A stretch of DNA of 62,277 nt, counting the filler. It is 3 parts of 3 records of this genome, joined end to end, with 100 filler letters (N's around TTAATTAATTAA, not from the genome) between each part and the next. Parts side by side here need not be neighbours in the genome. Positions count along the whole stretch, not along the records: positions 29,269 to 54,925 come from DRR723986_4958; positions 55,026 to 62,277 come from DRR723986_4973; 1 more part is not named here. The stretch is one strand, 5' to 3'. The notes beneath the pieces were generated by a model. That model was not told the origin of the DNA, searched no databases, and saw only the letters and a program-made list of their open reading frames with translations. The position numbers and the translations under genes were made by a program. How positions within the stretch are numbered: the first letter of the stretch is position 1; each line of letters starts with the position of its first letter. This document shows positions 46,200-56,414 of the stretch, piece after piece.

Positions 46200-48555
46200 C
46201 CCCTCGGATGATCTTGCGACGCTACCGGACTGGGCGCGCAAAGAGCGCCCTATGGCCAGCATGCTGCCCTATGTCAGCCTCGTGAATGACGTGACGATCC
46301 GCACGCGCGGCAATGCCCTGTTCCAGTGCATCCGCCTTGATGGCGTCAACAGCATGACCAGCGATGACGCGCACTTGGAGAAGATCCGCGCGCTTTTTGC
46401 AGCGATCATTGCGCAGATCGGGCCGGAGTACAGTTTCTACGTGCACAAGGTTTCAAAAGCGATCGAGACTGCTTTGCCACCGGTTCGCGAGGAAGGGTTT
46501 GCGCAAGCGCTGGACACCCGCTGGCAGGTGGCCATGGCGCAGGCGGGTCTGCGGGACAAGACACTCACGCTCACGGTGCTGAAACGCCCTCCCATGGGCG
46601 CGCGGCTGCGCCTGAAGCGTTCAGACTCGATCGCACAGTTGAAAGACCAGACAGCCAAGCAGCTGCGCAAGCTCGAGGAGGTCGTCGGTTTTCTGCTCTC
46701 GTCTTTCGCAGAGATGAGCCCGCGCCTTCTTGGAGCTGAAAGCGGCGAATTACTCGGGTTCCTCGGGGCACTCAATATTGGCCAAGAGCGACCGCTCTTC
46801 GCGAATTCCCGCTTTGGCGTCATTGCCGATGATGTGGCCAATACGCGTGTCACGTTTCAGGGGCGCGGCTTTGCGCTCGACGACGGGACAGCGGGAAAGC
46901 GGTTTGGCACCAGCTTTGCGATCAAGACCTATCCGGCCAAAACCAACTGCACCATGTTCGATGAGCTGAACCTGCCCGTCGACATGGTGGTCACACACTC
47001 CTTCACGCCGATCAACAGCAACATCATGGCCAGCCGGATCAAGCGCCAACAGCGCCTAATGAAGGCCAGCGATGACGGCGCGATTTCACTCGCCGAAGAA
47101 CTGGTAGACGCGCTGGACGATCTGGAATCCAAGCGCCTCAGCTTTGGCGATCATCACATGACGGTTACGGTTTTCGCCGAGACCGAGGAAAAGCTGGAAG
47201 CCATCGCTTCCGAGGTACGCAACATCGCGGCCAGTGAAGGCGTCAATCTTGTCAATGAGAGCTTTGCAACTCGGACGCATTATTTCGCGCAGCATCCGGG
47301 CAACGGACAGATGCGCAGCCGCAAGGCCGCCATCACCAACACGAACTTTGCCGACCTCGCAGCGCTTCATCGCGGTCAACTGGGCAAACCTGGCCATCAG
47401 GTGCCTTGGGGCAAACCGATTACCCTGTTCCCGACGCCTGAACGCTCAGGCTTCCTGTTCAACTATCACGAGGCAGGACAGCCGGACAAAGAGCCGACCG
47501 GCGGGCATACTTTGATCCTCGGCCGCCCTGGCTCGGGCAAATCGGTGTTGTCAGCCTTTTTGATGACCCAAGCTCGCCGCTGCGACGCGCGCGTCTTTGT
47601 CTTCGACTATCGCGCGGGTATGGAAATGGCTGTGCGGGCCAATGGCGGGCGCTACAGTGCTATCAAGGCTGGAGAAGCGACAGGTCTAAACCCGCTGCGG
47701 ACAGAAATCGATGGGCGCGGCCAAGCCTGGCTCTCCGATTGGCTGGCCACGCTGTTGCATCGCGCTGACAAGCCCCTGAGCCCAGTTCAGATTAACCGCA
47801 TCCAAGAAGTGGTGCGCCAGAACGCCGGGGCGAGCGATGCCGCCCTTCGCAATTGGCAAGATCTGGCCTCGCTCTTTGTGGCCGGGGCTGATGAAGGGGA
47901 TCTGTTTGAGCGGATACAGGAATGGACGGCGGACGGCCGCTACGGTTGGATTTTCGGGCAAAGCTCTGAGGATACTTTTTCGCTCGATGGTGATGTCGTC
48001 GGGTTCGACCTTACCGGCATTCTCGACAGTGAAAGCGAGAAAGAACGCATGGCGGTCCTGTCCTATCTGTTTCGGCGGGTGGAGCGTGTAATCGAGGACC
48101 GCAAGCCGACGTTGATCATCATCGATGAGGCCTGGAAAGCACTCGACAACCCGTATTTTGCGGACCGGCTGAGCAACTGGCTGGTCACGGCGCGCAAACA
48201 GAACGCGGTTGTCGTGATGATGACCCAATACGCAAGCCAGCTTGAAAAAACCCGCACCGGCAAGACGATTGTCGAGGCCGTGCCGACGCAGCTCCTACTG
48301 CCCAACATCCGCGCCTCGGCCGGTGATTACACCATGTTGGGCCTCGCTGAAAAAGAGCTCAGCGTATTGCTCGGCACCGGCAGCAACTCCCGTCTGGCGC
48401 TGGTGCGCGATGATCAAGGCTCGGTGGTGATTGACGCTGATCTCAGCGCCCTTGGCCCTTACCTCACGATCCTTGGCGGCATGGAAAAAGGCGAAGCGCT
48501 GGTCGGCGCGGATTATCGCCAGAACACCGAATTTTGGAGACAGATTGATGCGTAG
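46189..48555 (+). CDS. virB4: VirB4 ATPase
   Basis: GHTLILGRPGSGKS Walker A, IIIDEAW Walker B, RKQNA..MMTQ. Confidence 0.95.
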   Translation: MLHNPSDDLATLPDWARKERPMASMLPYVSLVNDVTIRTRGNALFQCIRLDGVNSMTSDDAHLEKIRALFAAIIAQIGPEYSFYVHKVSKAIETALPPVREEGFAQALDTRWQVAMAQAGLRDKTLTLTVLKRPPMGARLRLKRSDSIAQLKDQTAKQLRKLEEVVGFLLSSFAEMSPRLLGAESGELLGFLGALNIGQERPLFANSRFGVIADDVANTRVTFQGRGFALDDGTAGKRFGTSFAIKTYPAKTNCTMFDELNLPVDMVVTHSFTPINSNIMASRIKRQQRLMKASDDGAISLAEELVDALDDLESKRLSFGDHHMTVTVFAETEEKLEAIASEVRNIAASEGVNLVNESFATRTHYFAQHPGNGQMRSRKAAITNTNFADLAALHRGQLGKPGHQVPWGKPITLFPTPERSGFLFNYHEAGQPDKEPTGGHTLILGRPGSGKSVLSAFLMTQARRCDARVFVFDYRAGMEMAVRANGGRYSAIKAGEATGLNPLRTEIDGRGQAWLSDWLATLLHRADKPLSPVQINRIQEVVRQNAGASDAALRNWQDLASLFVAGADEGDLFERIQEWTADGRYGWIFGQSSEDTFSLDGDVVGFDLTGILDSESEKERMAVLSYLFRRVERVIEDRKPTLIIIDEAWKALDNPYFADRLSNWLVTARKQNAVVVMMTQYASQLEKTRTGKTIVEAVPTQLLLPNIRASAGDYTMLGLAEKELSVLLGTGSNSRLALVRDDQGSVVIDADLSALGPYLTILGGMEKGEALVGADYRQNTEFWRQIDA

Positions 48556-48706
48556 AATTTGCGTGCTGACCCTCACCCTTTTGACTCTGACAGCCTGCGC
48601 AGAATACCGGCCGTCAGAAGCTGAATGCTTTAACTCTTTTGCCGAGGTCAGCCGCAGCAACTGCAATTTCGAGCTGCTTGGGCCGATTGGTTCGCTGCAT
48701 GAATAG
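48548..48706 (+). CDS. Small lipoprotein (VirB7-like or entry exclusion)
   Basis: MRRICVLTLTLLTLTAC lipobox, 52 aa, overlaps both neighbours. Confidence 0.65.
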   Translation: MRRICVLTLTLLTLTACAEYRPSEAECFNSFAEVSRSNCNFELLGPIGSLHE

Positions 48707-49847
48707 CCTCCGCCCGCATATCCTTGCGGGTCTGGTGTGGCTCAACGCGCCAATGACCTTCGCCCAAGGGGTGCCGACCTTTGATGCGGGCATGTTCTTG
48801 CAGCGCGAGCGCGTGTTGCAGCAGGGCGAGCAGGATCTGGCGCTGCAGCGAGATCGGCTGACCAAAGAAGAAGAGCTCGAAGAGCTCGAACATGAACAAC
48901 TTCAAGCGCTAGAAGACATTCTCGATGCCTCGACGCTTGCCAGCGGGAACTCAGGCGCACTGGTCGCAAGCCTGGAAGCTGGTTCATCGCCTGAGAGCGC
49001 TGCAGACACGCTCTATGGTTCGGTCGACCCAAACCCAGGCGCAGCCCAGATGTTCGGCGATGCCTCGGGATCGATTGAAGAGCTGATCATTCGCGCGGCT
49101 CAGGAAACGCACCACATGTCTGGCGTGCGCGCGGCGGGTCTCTCGCCCAAGCAATGGCGTTGCCTGTTGCAGGCGCTGATCTGGCAAGAAAGCCGCTTCA
49201 CAATCGGCGCACGGTCCCCGGTCGGCGCATTCGGCCTGACCCAGATCATGCCCGGCACAGCGCAGGATCTCGGGATTTACCCGGCCTACTATGAAAACCC
49301 CTACATCCAGGTCATCGGTGGCGCGCGTTATCTGGCGCAGATGCTTGCCATGTTTGACGGCAACATCATTCACGGGCTCGCGGCCTACAATGCCGGTCCC
49401 GGCAATGTGCAGCGCTACGGCGGCGTGCCGCCGTTTGCCGAAACCCAGCACTACGTTCAGGTGATCCCCGAGCGCTACAATCTCTACCTTGCCCGCGTCG
49501 GCGGCGTTGATGCGCTTGGCACCATCGACTCAGTTCTGCTCGCCGATTCCACCATGAGCCTGACCTCGTTCGGCGCAGGGATCTATGGCGACTACTCCTT
49601 GGTCTCAGTGCAAGCAGCCGCGCTGCGCGTGCAGAACATCATCACCCGCATTGGTGAGACAGATGACATTCACGCGGCCATGTCGCTCAACACCTATGCG
49701 CGGGCCGAGCTCGCTCGCCTGATCGCGATCCGCACGCGCCTCAAAGCCGCCCATACCCGCCCGCTTAGCGCGACTGAGCTGGCCATGGCCGCCGCTCAGG
49801 CCCGCGAACAAGACTTCATGCAATTCGATCAGGAGGTTCTCCGATGA
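48699..49847 (+). CDS. VirB5-like protein with inserted soluble lytic transglycosylase domain
   Basis: N- and C-termini align by eye with the adjacent VirB5; central WQESRF, GLTQIMP, AAYNAG, ETQHYV. Confidence 0.8.
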   Translation: MNSLRPHILAGLVWLNAPMTFAQGVPTFDAGMFLQRERVLQQGEQDLALQRDRLTKEEELEELEHEQLQALEDILDASTLASGNSGALVASLEAGSSPESAADTLYGSVDPNPGAAQMFGDASGSIEELIIRAAQETHHMSGVRAAGLSPKQWRCLLQALIWQESRFTIGARSPVGAFGLTQIMPGTAQDLGIYPAYYENPYIQVIGGARYLAQMLAMFDGNIIHGLAAYNAGPGNVQRYGGVPPFAETQHYVQVIPERYNLYLARVGGVDALGTIDSVLLADSTMSLTSFGAGIYGDYSLVSVQAAALRVQNIITRIGETDDIHAAMSLNTYARAELARLIAIRTRLKAAHTRPLSATELAMAAAQAREQDFMQFDQEVLR

Positions 49848-50623
49848 TCCGCTTTCTTTCCACCGTTGCCACCTGCGCTTTGCTGGTTGCCTCACCTCTT
49901 TCCGCTCAAGGCGTTCCCACCGTCGACACACGCAACATCGCGCAAGAAATTCGCCAGCTGCAGCAGATGCTGGAGGATTTCGGGATCCAGACCGACCAGC
50001 TCGACACGCTTCTCGAGCAGCTAGACCTGGTACAACAGCAACTCGACACGCTCAACGAGACCTACGCGGCTCTGACCGGCGCGACGGATATCATTGAAAT
50101 GGCCATGGGCGGTGATCTCGACGGGCTTCTCGATCAGGAATTCGGTGATCTCCTTGGCACCATCCGGCAGATCCAAAGCGGCGATTTCAGCGGCCTGATC
50201 GGCAATGCGGCCCCTCGGATGGAAGGGCGCATGACACAAGCCCTCGAAGATGCAGGCTTTGACCAAGACAGCCTCTCCGACATGGCCAGCAGCGGCAATC
50301 CGGGGGCGGAGCGCATCGCCAGCCAGGCGGGCACTGGGGCCGTGATGTCAGCTGCCGCCGAGAACAGCTATGACGAGGCCGCGCAATCCCTTGAACGGGT
50401 CGAGCGGCTGGTCTCGCTGATCCCGGACATGGAAACTCTCAAGGAAGCGGTCGACCACAACACCCGCGTCACAGCCGAACTGGCCATTGCCATGACACGC
50501 ATGTGGGAACTCGAAGCCATCCAGACGGTCGGCGCGGGCCAATCCGGCGTGGTGGATGCTGCCACACTGGCCGAAGAGCGCCGCTACATGGACTTCACCT
50601 TGCCAGAGCTTCGCGCGGACTGA
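49844..50623 (+). CDS. virB5: VirB5 minor pilin
   Basis: SAQGVPTVD, helical heptads, LKEAVDHNTRVTAE. Confidence 0.85.
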   Translation: MIRFLSTVATCALLVASPLSAQGVPTVDTRNIAQEIRQLQQMLEDFGIQTDQLDTLLEQLDLVQQQLDTLNETYAALTGATDIIEMAMGGDLDGLLDQEFGDLLGTIRQIQSGDFSGLIGNAAPRMEGRMTQALEDAGFDQDSLSDMASSGNPGAERIASQAGTGAVMSAAAENSYDEAAQSLERVERLVSLIPDMETLKEAVDHNTRVTAELAIAMTRMWELEAIQTVGAGQSGVVDAATLAEERRYMDFTLPELRAD

Positions 50624-50627
50624 TCCC

Positions 50628-51278
50628 ATGAACAGCGAGGCAGAAATCATCGAAGAAGAGCTTGTCTACGGCGCGCGACGGCGCGAGCTCATGTGGCAGA
50701 AGCTGGGGCTGACAGGCATGGCGTTTGGCATGGCAGGTTGCCTCGCCGCCGCCCTCGTTGCCCTGTTCGACGTGGACCCGCCGCCCATGATCGTGCCCTT
50801 TGATTCTGAGACCGGCATGGCCCTCCCCAATGCCATGGTTGAAGCGGTCTCACTCACGGAACGCCCCGCTATCATCGAGGCACAGGTCTACCGCTATGTC
50901 ATTGATCGAGAAACATATAATCAGCTCGACAATGATGTGCGTGTGCGGCGGGTCCTGGACCAGTCGGACGGCGCGGCCGCAGCTAGCCTGCGCGCGCTTT
51001 GGACCAGCGGACATGAGGCCTATCCGCCGGACAGCTACGGTACAGATGCCCGGCTTGAGGTCGAGGTTCTGTCGATCACCCATATCAGCGCCAATCGTGC
51101 CCAGGTGCGCCTGCGCAAGCGTTTGAACTCGCCGCGCGGCTCTCAAAACGGGTTCTTCACCGCAACGCTGATGTTTGAGTTTCGGCCCGAGAACAGCCGG
51201 TCGATCGATGACGTCTGGCAGAACCCTTTCGGCTTCACCGTCACCGAATACGCGATCCGCTCGGATCGTTTGGAGTAA
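50628..51278 (+). CDS. virB8: VirB8
   Basis: RYVIDRETY, AQVRL, NPFGFTVTEY. Confidence 0.92.
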   Translation: MNSEAEIIEEELVYGARRRELMWQKLGLTGMAFGMAGCLAAALVALFDVDPPPMIVPFDSETGMALPNAMVEAVSLTERPAIIEAQVYRYVIDRETYNQLDNDVRVRRVLDQSDGAAAASLRALWTSGHEAYPPDSYGTDARLEVEVLSITHISANRAQVRLRKRLNSPRGSQNGFFTATLMFEFRPENSRSIDDVWQNPFGFTVTEYAIRSDRLE

Positions 51279-51281
51279 CCA

Positions 51282-51977
51282 ATGCGCCGCCTGTTCCTGA
51301 TCCTCGCCCTCATTGTTCCTCTTGTTGGCACCGCCTATGCAGAAACGCAGCCGCGCCAAGGCCCCTATGATGCCCGCGTCCGGCTGGCTTCCTATCAGGA
51401 TGGGCAGGTCTACCGCATCCGCACCAGCCTGACCCATGTGACCAGCATTGAATTCGGCCAAGGTGAAACCATCCGCTCGATCATTGCAGGCGACACTGAA
51501 GGGTTCCTTTTGGACGGCGTTCCTGGTGGCCAGGCCTTTGCGATCAAGCCCGTCACGCGCGGAGCAAACACCAACATCACCGTCTACACCAACCGGCGCA
51601 GCTATTATTTCAACGTAACCGAGGCGAGCTCACCGACCTTCTACGTCATTCGCTTCACATATCCCGAGGCTGCCCCTCGGCAATCCCGAGTGGCTGCCTC
51701 CGCGCCAGCAAACCACGCCTACGGCGTCAGCGCGCGATCAGAGATCACGCCGCGCGAAATCTGGGACGACGGAACCTTCACCTATTTCCGCTTCGCCGCA
51801 AACGCGCCGCTGCCCGCGATCTTTCGCTGGTCGGCTGGCAATGAGCGGAGCGTGAATGCGCTCGCGCGACCAGACGGCGTGATCCGTGTGTCAGGTGTCA
51901 GCGATCGATGGGTTCTCCGGCTCGGTGATGACGAGATCTGCGTCCAAGAGATGAGCGAGGCAAACCACGATGAGTGA
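51282..51977 (+). CDS. virB9: VirB9/TrbG
   Basis: DARVR...Y, IKP, TNITVYTNRRSY, WDDGTFTYF, LRLG. Confidence 0.92.
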   Translation: MRRLFLILALIVPLVGTAYAETQPRQGPYDARVRLASYQDGQVYRIRTSLTHVTSIEFGQGETIRSIIAGDTEGFLLDGVPGGQAFAIKPVTRGANTNITVYTNRRSYYFNVTEASSPTFYVIRFTYPEAAPRQSRVAASAPANHAYGVSARSEITPREIWDDGTFTYFRFAANAPLPAIFRWSAGNERSVNALARPDGVIRVSGVSDRWVLRLGDDEICVQEMSEANHDE

Positions 51978-53283
51978 AACAGCTGAGCTTAAAAAGCGCC
52001 TCGAAGCGCTTGAAGGAAAACCACAAAACCAAAAAGCGCGACCATCATTTGTCGCCATCGCCCTAGGCATAGGGGCAATCGCGGCCCTTGGCGGTCTCTT
52101 GCTGTTGTTCTCTGGCGGCTCTGAACCCGACAGTCTGGAAACCGCTTCCCCGGATGAGTTCCAAGCAGCTGGACCGGGCTTTGGAGCGCTCGAGCCAACG
52201 TCTGCACCGATTGACACAACCCCGCCGCCGGAGCCGGAAGCAGACAGCGAAACAGAAGAACTGCGCGCCCAAATGGATGCAATGCGGTCCGAACTCGAAG
52301 CCCTGCGCAACGCACCTGCGCCTGAGGCTCCTGCAGTCGACATAGAGGCATTGGATACCTTGGGCGCAGAGATCGACGCCCTTCGCAGCGAGGCGGCCGC
52401 AACGCAAGCCGCCTTGCGCGAAGAACTGGAAGAACGCGCACGACAAATCCAGCGACTGCAGAACGATCTGGAACTCGCGCGCCTTGAAACACCGCGCACA
52501 CCAGCACCGACCGGCCCCACGGCCGAGGAGCTGCGTCTTCAAGAGCTCCAGCGGCGGCGGCAAGCCGAACTTGAGGAACTGCAAGCCCGTATCGCCAGCC
52601 CAATCATCGCCTTTGGCGGCACCGGAGGCGGCAACAATGAAACCGCCGCGCAGCAGCGGCGGCTGGATGGCGACACAGACTTTGTCCGCAATGGCGCTGA
52701 ACCCGCTGAGGTGACGCAGGCCCAGCTAATCGTGAACCCCTCCAATACCGTCGTTCAGGGAACGATGATCCAGGCCGTGCTGGAGACAGCGATCGACAGC
52801 TCGCTCGCTGGTCAAGTCCGCGCGATGGTGTCTGAAGATGTCCACGCCTATGACGGCTCGCGGATCCTCATCCCGCGCGGCGCGCGCCTCATCGGACGGT
52901 ATCAATCTGGCCTCGACATCGCGCAACAGCGCGTGACGATCGCTTGGGACCGGATCATTCTACCCAGCAATCAGACCATTGAAATCAGCGCCTTTGGTGG
53001 CGATGAATTGGGTCGTTCCGGCACAACCGGTTTTGTCGACAGTCGCTTTGGCACGCGGTTCGGGTCAGCCGCCCTGATATCACTGATCGGGGCCTTGCCT
53101 GCCGTCGCCACGCAGAACACCGAAGACGAGATTGCTTCTGATGTCCTGGAAGGCATTGGCGATGACCTGCAAGACAGCGCCCGAAGCGTGATCGGCGAAT
53201 ATCTCTCCGTCTCGCCCGTGATCTATGTCGACCAAGGTGCCCGCGTCACCGTGATGGTCGACCGCGATCTGGAGATTTTCTGA
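51970..53283 (+). CDS. virB10: VirB10/TrbI
   Basis: GTMIQAVLETAIDS, LIPRGARLIG, DELGRSG, VDRDL. Confidence 0.93.
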   Translation: MSETAELKKRLEALEGKPQNQKARPSFVAIALGIGAIAALGGLLLLFSGGSEPDSLETASPDEFQAAGPGFGALEPTSAPIDTTPPPEPEADSETEELRAQMDAMRSELEALRNAPAPEAPAVDIEALDTLGAEIDALRSEAAATQAALREELEERARQIQRLQNDLELARLETPRTPAPTGPTAEELRLQELQRRRQAELEELQARIASPIIAFGGTGGGNNETAAQQRRLDGDTDFVRNGAEPAEVTQAQLIVNPSNTVVQGTMIQAVLETAIDSSLAGQVRAMVSEDVHAYDGSRILIPRGARLIGRYQSGLDIAQQRVTIAWDRIILPSNQTIEISAFGGDELGRSGTTGFVDSRFGTRFGSAALISLIGALPAVATQNTEDEIASDVLEGIGDDLQDSARSVIGEYLSVSPVIYVDQGARVTVMVDRDLEIF

Positions 53284-53285
53284 TC

Positions 53286-54281
53286 ATGGCGGCCAGCTAC
53301 CTGCAAAGTTCGATGGACAAGATCCCCGAGGCGCGTGACCCCAAGCTGATCGAGCTTTGCATCAACCCCGACGGTACGCTTTGGGCGGAGTTTCAGGGGG
53401 ATCACTTCATGCGGCGCGTCAAACGACAACTCTCGCCCAATGAAATCAAAGACCTTGGCAATCAGATTGCTTCCGCCGCGAACACCACGCTCAGCCGAAC
53501 GAAACCGATCGTGTCGGTCAGCATCACCTACCGTGACCGCCCCATCCGCGCGCAAGTCATCCAGCCTCCGGCCGTTGATGGTGGCTACGCGATTTCCCTG
53601 CGGTTCTTTGCGGACCTGCCATTGGACCAGATCAAACTGTCCTATCTCTTCGGAAAAGAGCGCAGCAACGAGGGCGCAAGACGCAAGCGCAATGCCGAGC
53701 TGCGCGATGTCGTGGCCACCGGCAACATCGACGCCGCGATCAAGTTCTGCGTCACTCACAAGCTCAATATGATCGCGTCCGGCGGAACCTCGACCGGCAA
53801 GACCGTCACGGCGCGCAAGATCCTCTCCTTCGTGCCCGCCGACGAACGTATCATTACGATCGAAGAGGCCGCCGAGTTGCGTCCGACGCAGCCCAATATC
53901 GTCACGCTGATGTCTGACCGCGATGAGGCCACGCGCAGCGCTGATGTCCTGCTGACATCTACTCTGCGTATGCGACCGGACCGTATCGTCTTGGGCGAAG
54001 TGCGCGGCAAAGAGGCCATGACCTTCCTCGAGGCGATCAACACCGGCCATGGTGGCTCACTCACCACGCTCCATGCTGAAACCCCTCAGCTAGCCGTGCA
54101 GCGCCTCGCCATCGCCGCACTGAAAACCGACGTGCCCATGACCTATCAGGACATGAACGACTACATCACCCGCTCAATAGATGTGATTATCCAAGCCGGT
54201 CGCCATGAAGGCGCGCGCGGCATTACCGAATTTTACTTGCCGATTGAGCCGGCCCATTCAAAGGAAACAGCCCATGTTTGA
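53286..54281 (+). CDS. virB11: VirB11 ATPase
   Basis: SGGTSTGKT, LRMRPDRIVLGEVRG, NTGHGGSLTTLHA. Confidence 0.95.
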   Translation: MAASYLQSSMDKIPEARDPKLIELCINPDGTLWAEFQGDHFMRRVKRQLSPNEIKDLGNQIASAANTTLSRTKPIVSVSITYRDRPIRAQVIQPPAVDGGYAISLRFFADLPLDQIKLSYLFGKERSNEGARRKRNAELRDVVATGNIDAAIKFCVTHKLNMIASGGTSTGKTVTARKILSFVPADERIITIEEAAELRPTQPNIVTLMSDRDEATRSADVLLTSTLRMRPDRIVLGEVRGKEAMTFLEAINTGHGGSLTTLHAETPQLAVQRLAIAALKTDVPMTYQDMNDYITRSIDVIIQAGRHEGARGITEFYLPIEPAHSKETAHV

Positions 54282-54465
54282 ATACAAGATTGAACAGATC
54301 AACACCGCCAAGACAAAACCGCCGAAGATCGAGGCGCTGCTGACGGCTCTTGGCCAAGATGGCTGGGAGTTGGTCTCCGTCGTGCCGGATTTCGACGGCG
54401 AACACATCCTGAAGGCCTTCCTGAAGCGCGACATCTGGCGTGTCAAACCGACAGAGAAAGCATAG
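54274..54465 (+). CDS. DUF4177-like small protein
   Basis: MFEYK...L..LGQDGWELVSV......FLKR. Confidence 0.75.
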   Translation: MFEYKIEQINTAKTKPPKIEALLTALGQDGWELVSVVPDFDGEHILKAFLKRDIWRVKPTEKA

Positions 54466-54474
54466 GAGCACCCG

Positions 54475-54925
54475 ATGGGCGTCGTCACCTGGATGGTCGA
54501 GACAACCGACAACTTTCTGGACGACGCGGCCCAAACCACTTTTGGCAACGTCGCCGGTCAGCTTGGCGGCGTCATTGCCGTGGCATCGACGCTCGCGGTG
54601 ATCGGCGTCTTCCTCAACATGGTGTTTCAGTACAAGTCCATGGATGGGCGGACTGCCTTCTGGTTCGCCCTCAAGCTCATGTTGATCTCCCTCTTTGCGA
54701 TGAACTGGGTCCAATTCAACGCGGTGGCGAGCGCGCTGATCGATGGGCTCGACCAACTCGCGGGCGGCATGGTGGCAGGACTTGGCGGCGGCGGTGCAGG
54801 TGCATCCTACTTTGCTGGGGCCTTTGACGACCTCATCGAAGAATTTGGCGACTACCTGAACGCGGCCGGTGACAACATGCATTGGATGGCCGGAGCCCTG
54901 ATCGGCGCGATCGGCGCGTTCCTTT
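54475..54925 (+). CDS. virB6: VirB6/TrbL, 3'-truncated
   Basis: Hydrophobic protein at the end of the virB operon; cut by the gap. Confidence 0.7.
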
Positions 54926-55025
54926 NNNNNNNNNNNNNNNNNNNNNNNNNNNNNNNNNNNNNNNNNNNNTTAATTAATTAANNNNNNNNNNNNNNNNNNN
55001 NNNNNNNNNNNNNNNNNNNNNNNNN
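54926..55025. other. Artificial contig linker
   Basis: 44 N + TTAATTAATTAA + 44 N. Confidence 0.97.
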
Positions 55026-55331
55026 GTATTGCTTGAGTTTCTTGCGCAGGGTGCCGCGATTCAGCCCGAGCATTGTGGAGGCCTTGGTCTGGTTGTTGCG
55101 GGTGTATTTCATCACCTGCTCCAGCAGCGGGGCTTCCACTTCTGACAGTACCAGTTGGTACACGTCGGTAACCGGCGCGCCATCGAGTTGCTCAAAGTAG
55201 TTCTTCAGGGCAACTTCTACGCTGTCACGCAGGGTGACGCTGTTGCCGCTGTGGTTTACCGTGTGCAACTGATGCAGATCATCGTTGGCCGGGGTGCTTA
55301 GGGATTGATTTGCCAAAGTCTCAGCGGTCAT
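55026..55331 (-). CDS. fis: Fis nucleoid protein (last codons cut off)
   Basis: [33 protein letters not shown]. Confidence 0.96.
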
Positions 55332-56326
55332 GCTGCGAATACCTCTCCATTTCGTAAGCCTGCAAAATACTGTGCGATGCTGTCTTTCTGCTCCAGCGCA
55401 TCATCGATGGCGTTGAAGCGTTGTCGGAACTGTTTGCTGTCATCATGGGACTGCAGATACCAGCCCACGTGTTTTCTGGCGATACGCACGCCCATCAATT
55501 CGCCGTAGAAACGGTGCAGTTCTTCCAGGTGCCCGGCCAGAATGCGCTCTACTTCATCCATGGGCGGTTGGGGCAGGTGTTCTCCGGTTTCCAGATAATG
55601 AAGAATCTCCCGGAAAATCCAGGGCCGGCCCTGGGCACCCCGGCCAATCAGCAAGCCGTCGGCACCGGTATGGCTGAGTACCTGCCGGGCCTTCTCCGGC
55701 GTGGTAATGTCGCCGTTGGCGAACACCGGTATGCCAACGCTGGCCTTGACCTCTGCGATGGTGTCGTACTCCGCGTCGCCGTTGTACTTGTCTGCGCGGG
55801 TACGGCCGTGTACGGCCAGAGCCTGAATGCCGGCATCTTCCGCCATCCTGGCGATGACTGGAGCATTGCGGTTGTCTCTGTCCCAGCCGGTTCGCATTTT
55901 CAGGGTCACCGGCACATCCACCGCCTTCACCACGGCTTCCAGAATTTCCCGCACCAGCTTCTCGTCTTTCATCAGGGCCGAACCGGCGGCCTTGTTGCAG
56001 ACTTTCTTGGCCGGACACCCCATGTTGATGTCGATGATCTGAGCACCGAATTCAGCGTTTTGCCGGGCTGCATCGGCCAGCATCTCGGGGTCGCCGCCGG
56101 CGATCTGGACCGATCTGGGTTCCGGTTCGCCTTCGTGATTCAGGCGAGTCCGGGATTTACGCGTATGCCAGAGCTTGCTGTCCGCTATGACCATTTCCGA
56201 TACCGCCAGCCCGGCCCCCATTCGTCGGCATAAAAGCCGGAAAGGGCGATCGGTTACACCGGCCATGGGTGCAACAATCAGCGGGTTGGGCAGGGTGTAC
56301 GGCCCGATTTTTGCCGTTGGCAGCAT
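55328..56326 (-). CDS. dusB: tRNA-dihydrouridine synthase B
   Basis: [28 protein letters not shown]; upstream of fis. Confidence 0.96.
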   Translation of the reverse strand: MLPTAKIGPYTLPNPLIVAPMAGVTDRPFRLLCRRMGAGLAVSEMVIADSKLWHTRKSRTRLNHEGEPEPRSVQIAGGDPEMLADAARQNAEFGAQIIDINMGCPAKKVCNKAAGSALMKDEKLVREILEAVVKAVDVPVTLKMRTGWDRDNRNAPVIARMAEDAGIQALAVHGRTRADKYNGDAEYDTIAEVKASVGIPVFANGDITTPEKARQVLSHTGADGLLIGRGAQGRPWIFREILHYLETGEHLPQPPMDEVERILAGHLEELHRFYGELMGVRIARKHVGWYLQSHDDSKQFRQRFNAIDDALEQKDSIAQYFAGLRNGEVFAA

Positions 56327-56414
56327 GATCTGAGTCCGTGTCACAGCGGGTTAAGCAAAATTCGGCTGGAGCGGTTGTTCAATTTCTGACCGCTCCGGTC
56401 TCCGAAGGGCGGTA

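Larger units (their letters stand above)
29269..54925. mobile_element. Integrative conjugative element (tRNA-targeting, VirB-type T4SS), incomplete on the right
   Basis: tRNA end + integrase + xis-like gene + virB1-11 on one contig; relaxase and VirD4 not in view. Confidence 0.8.
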
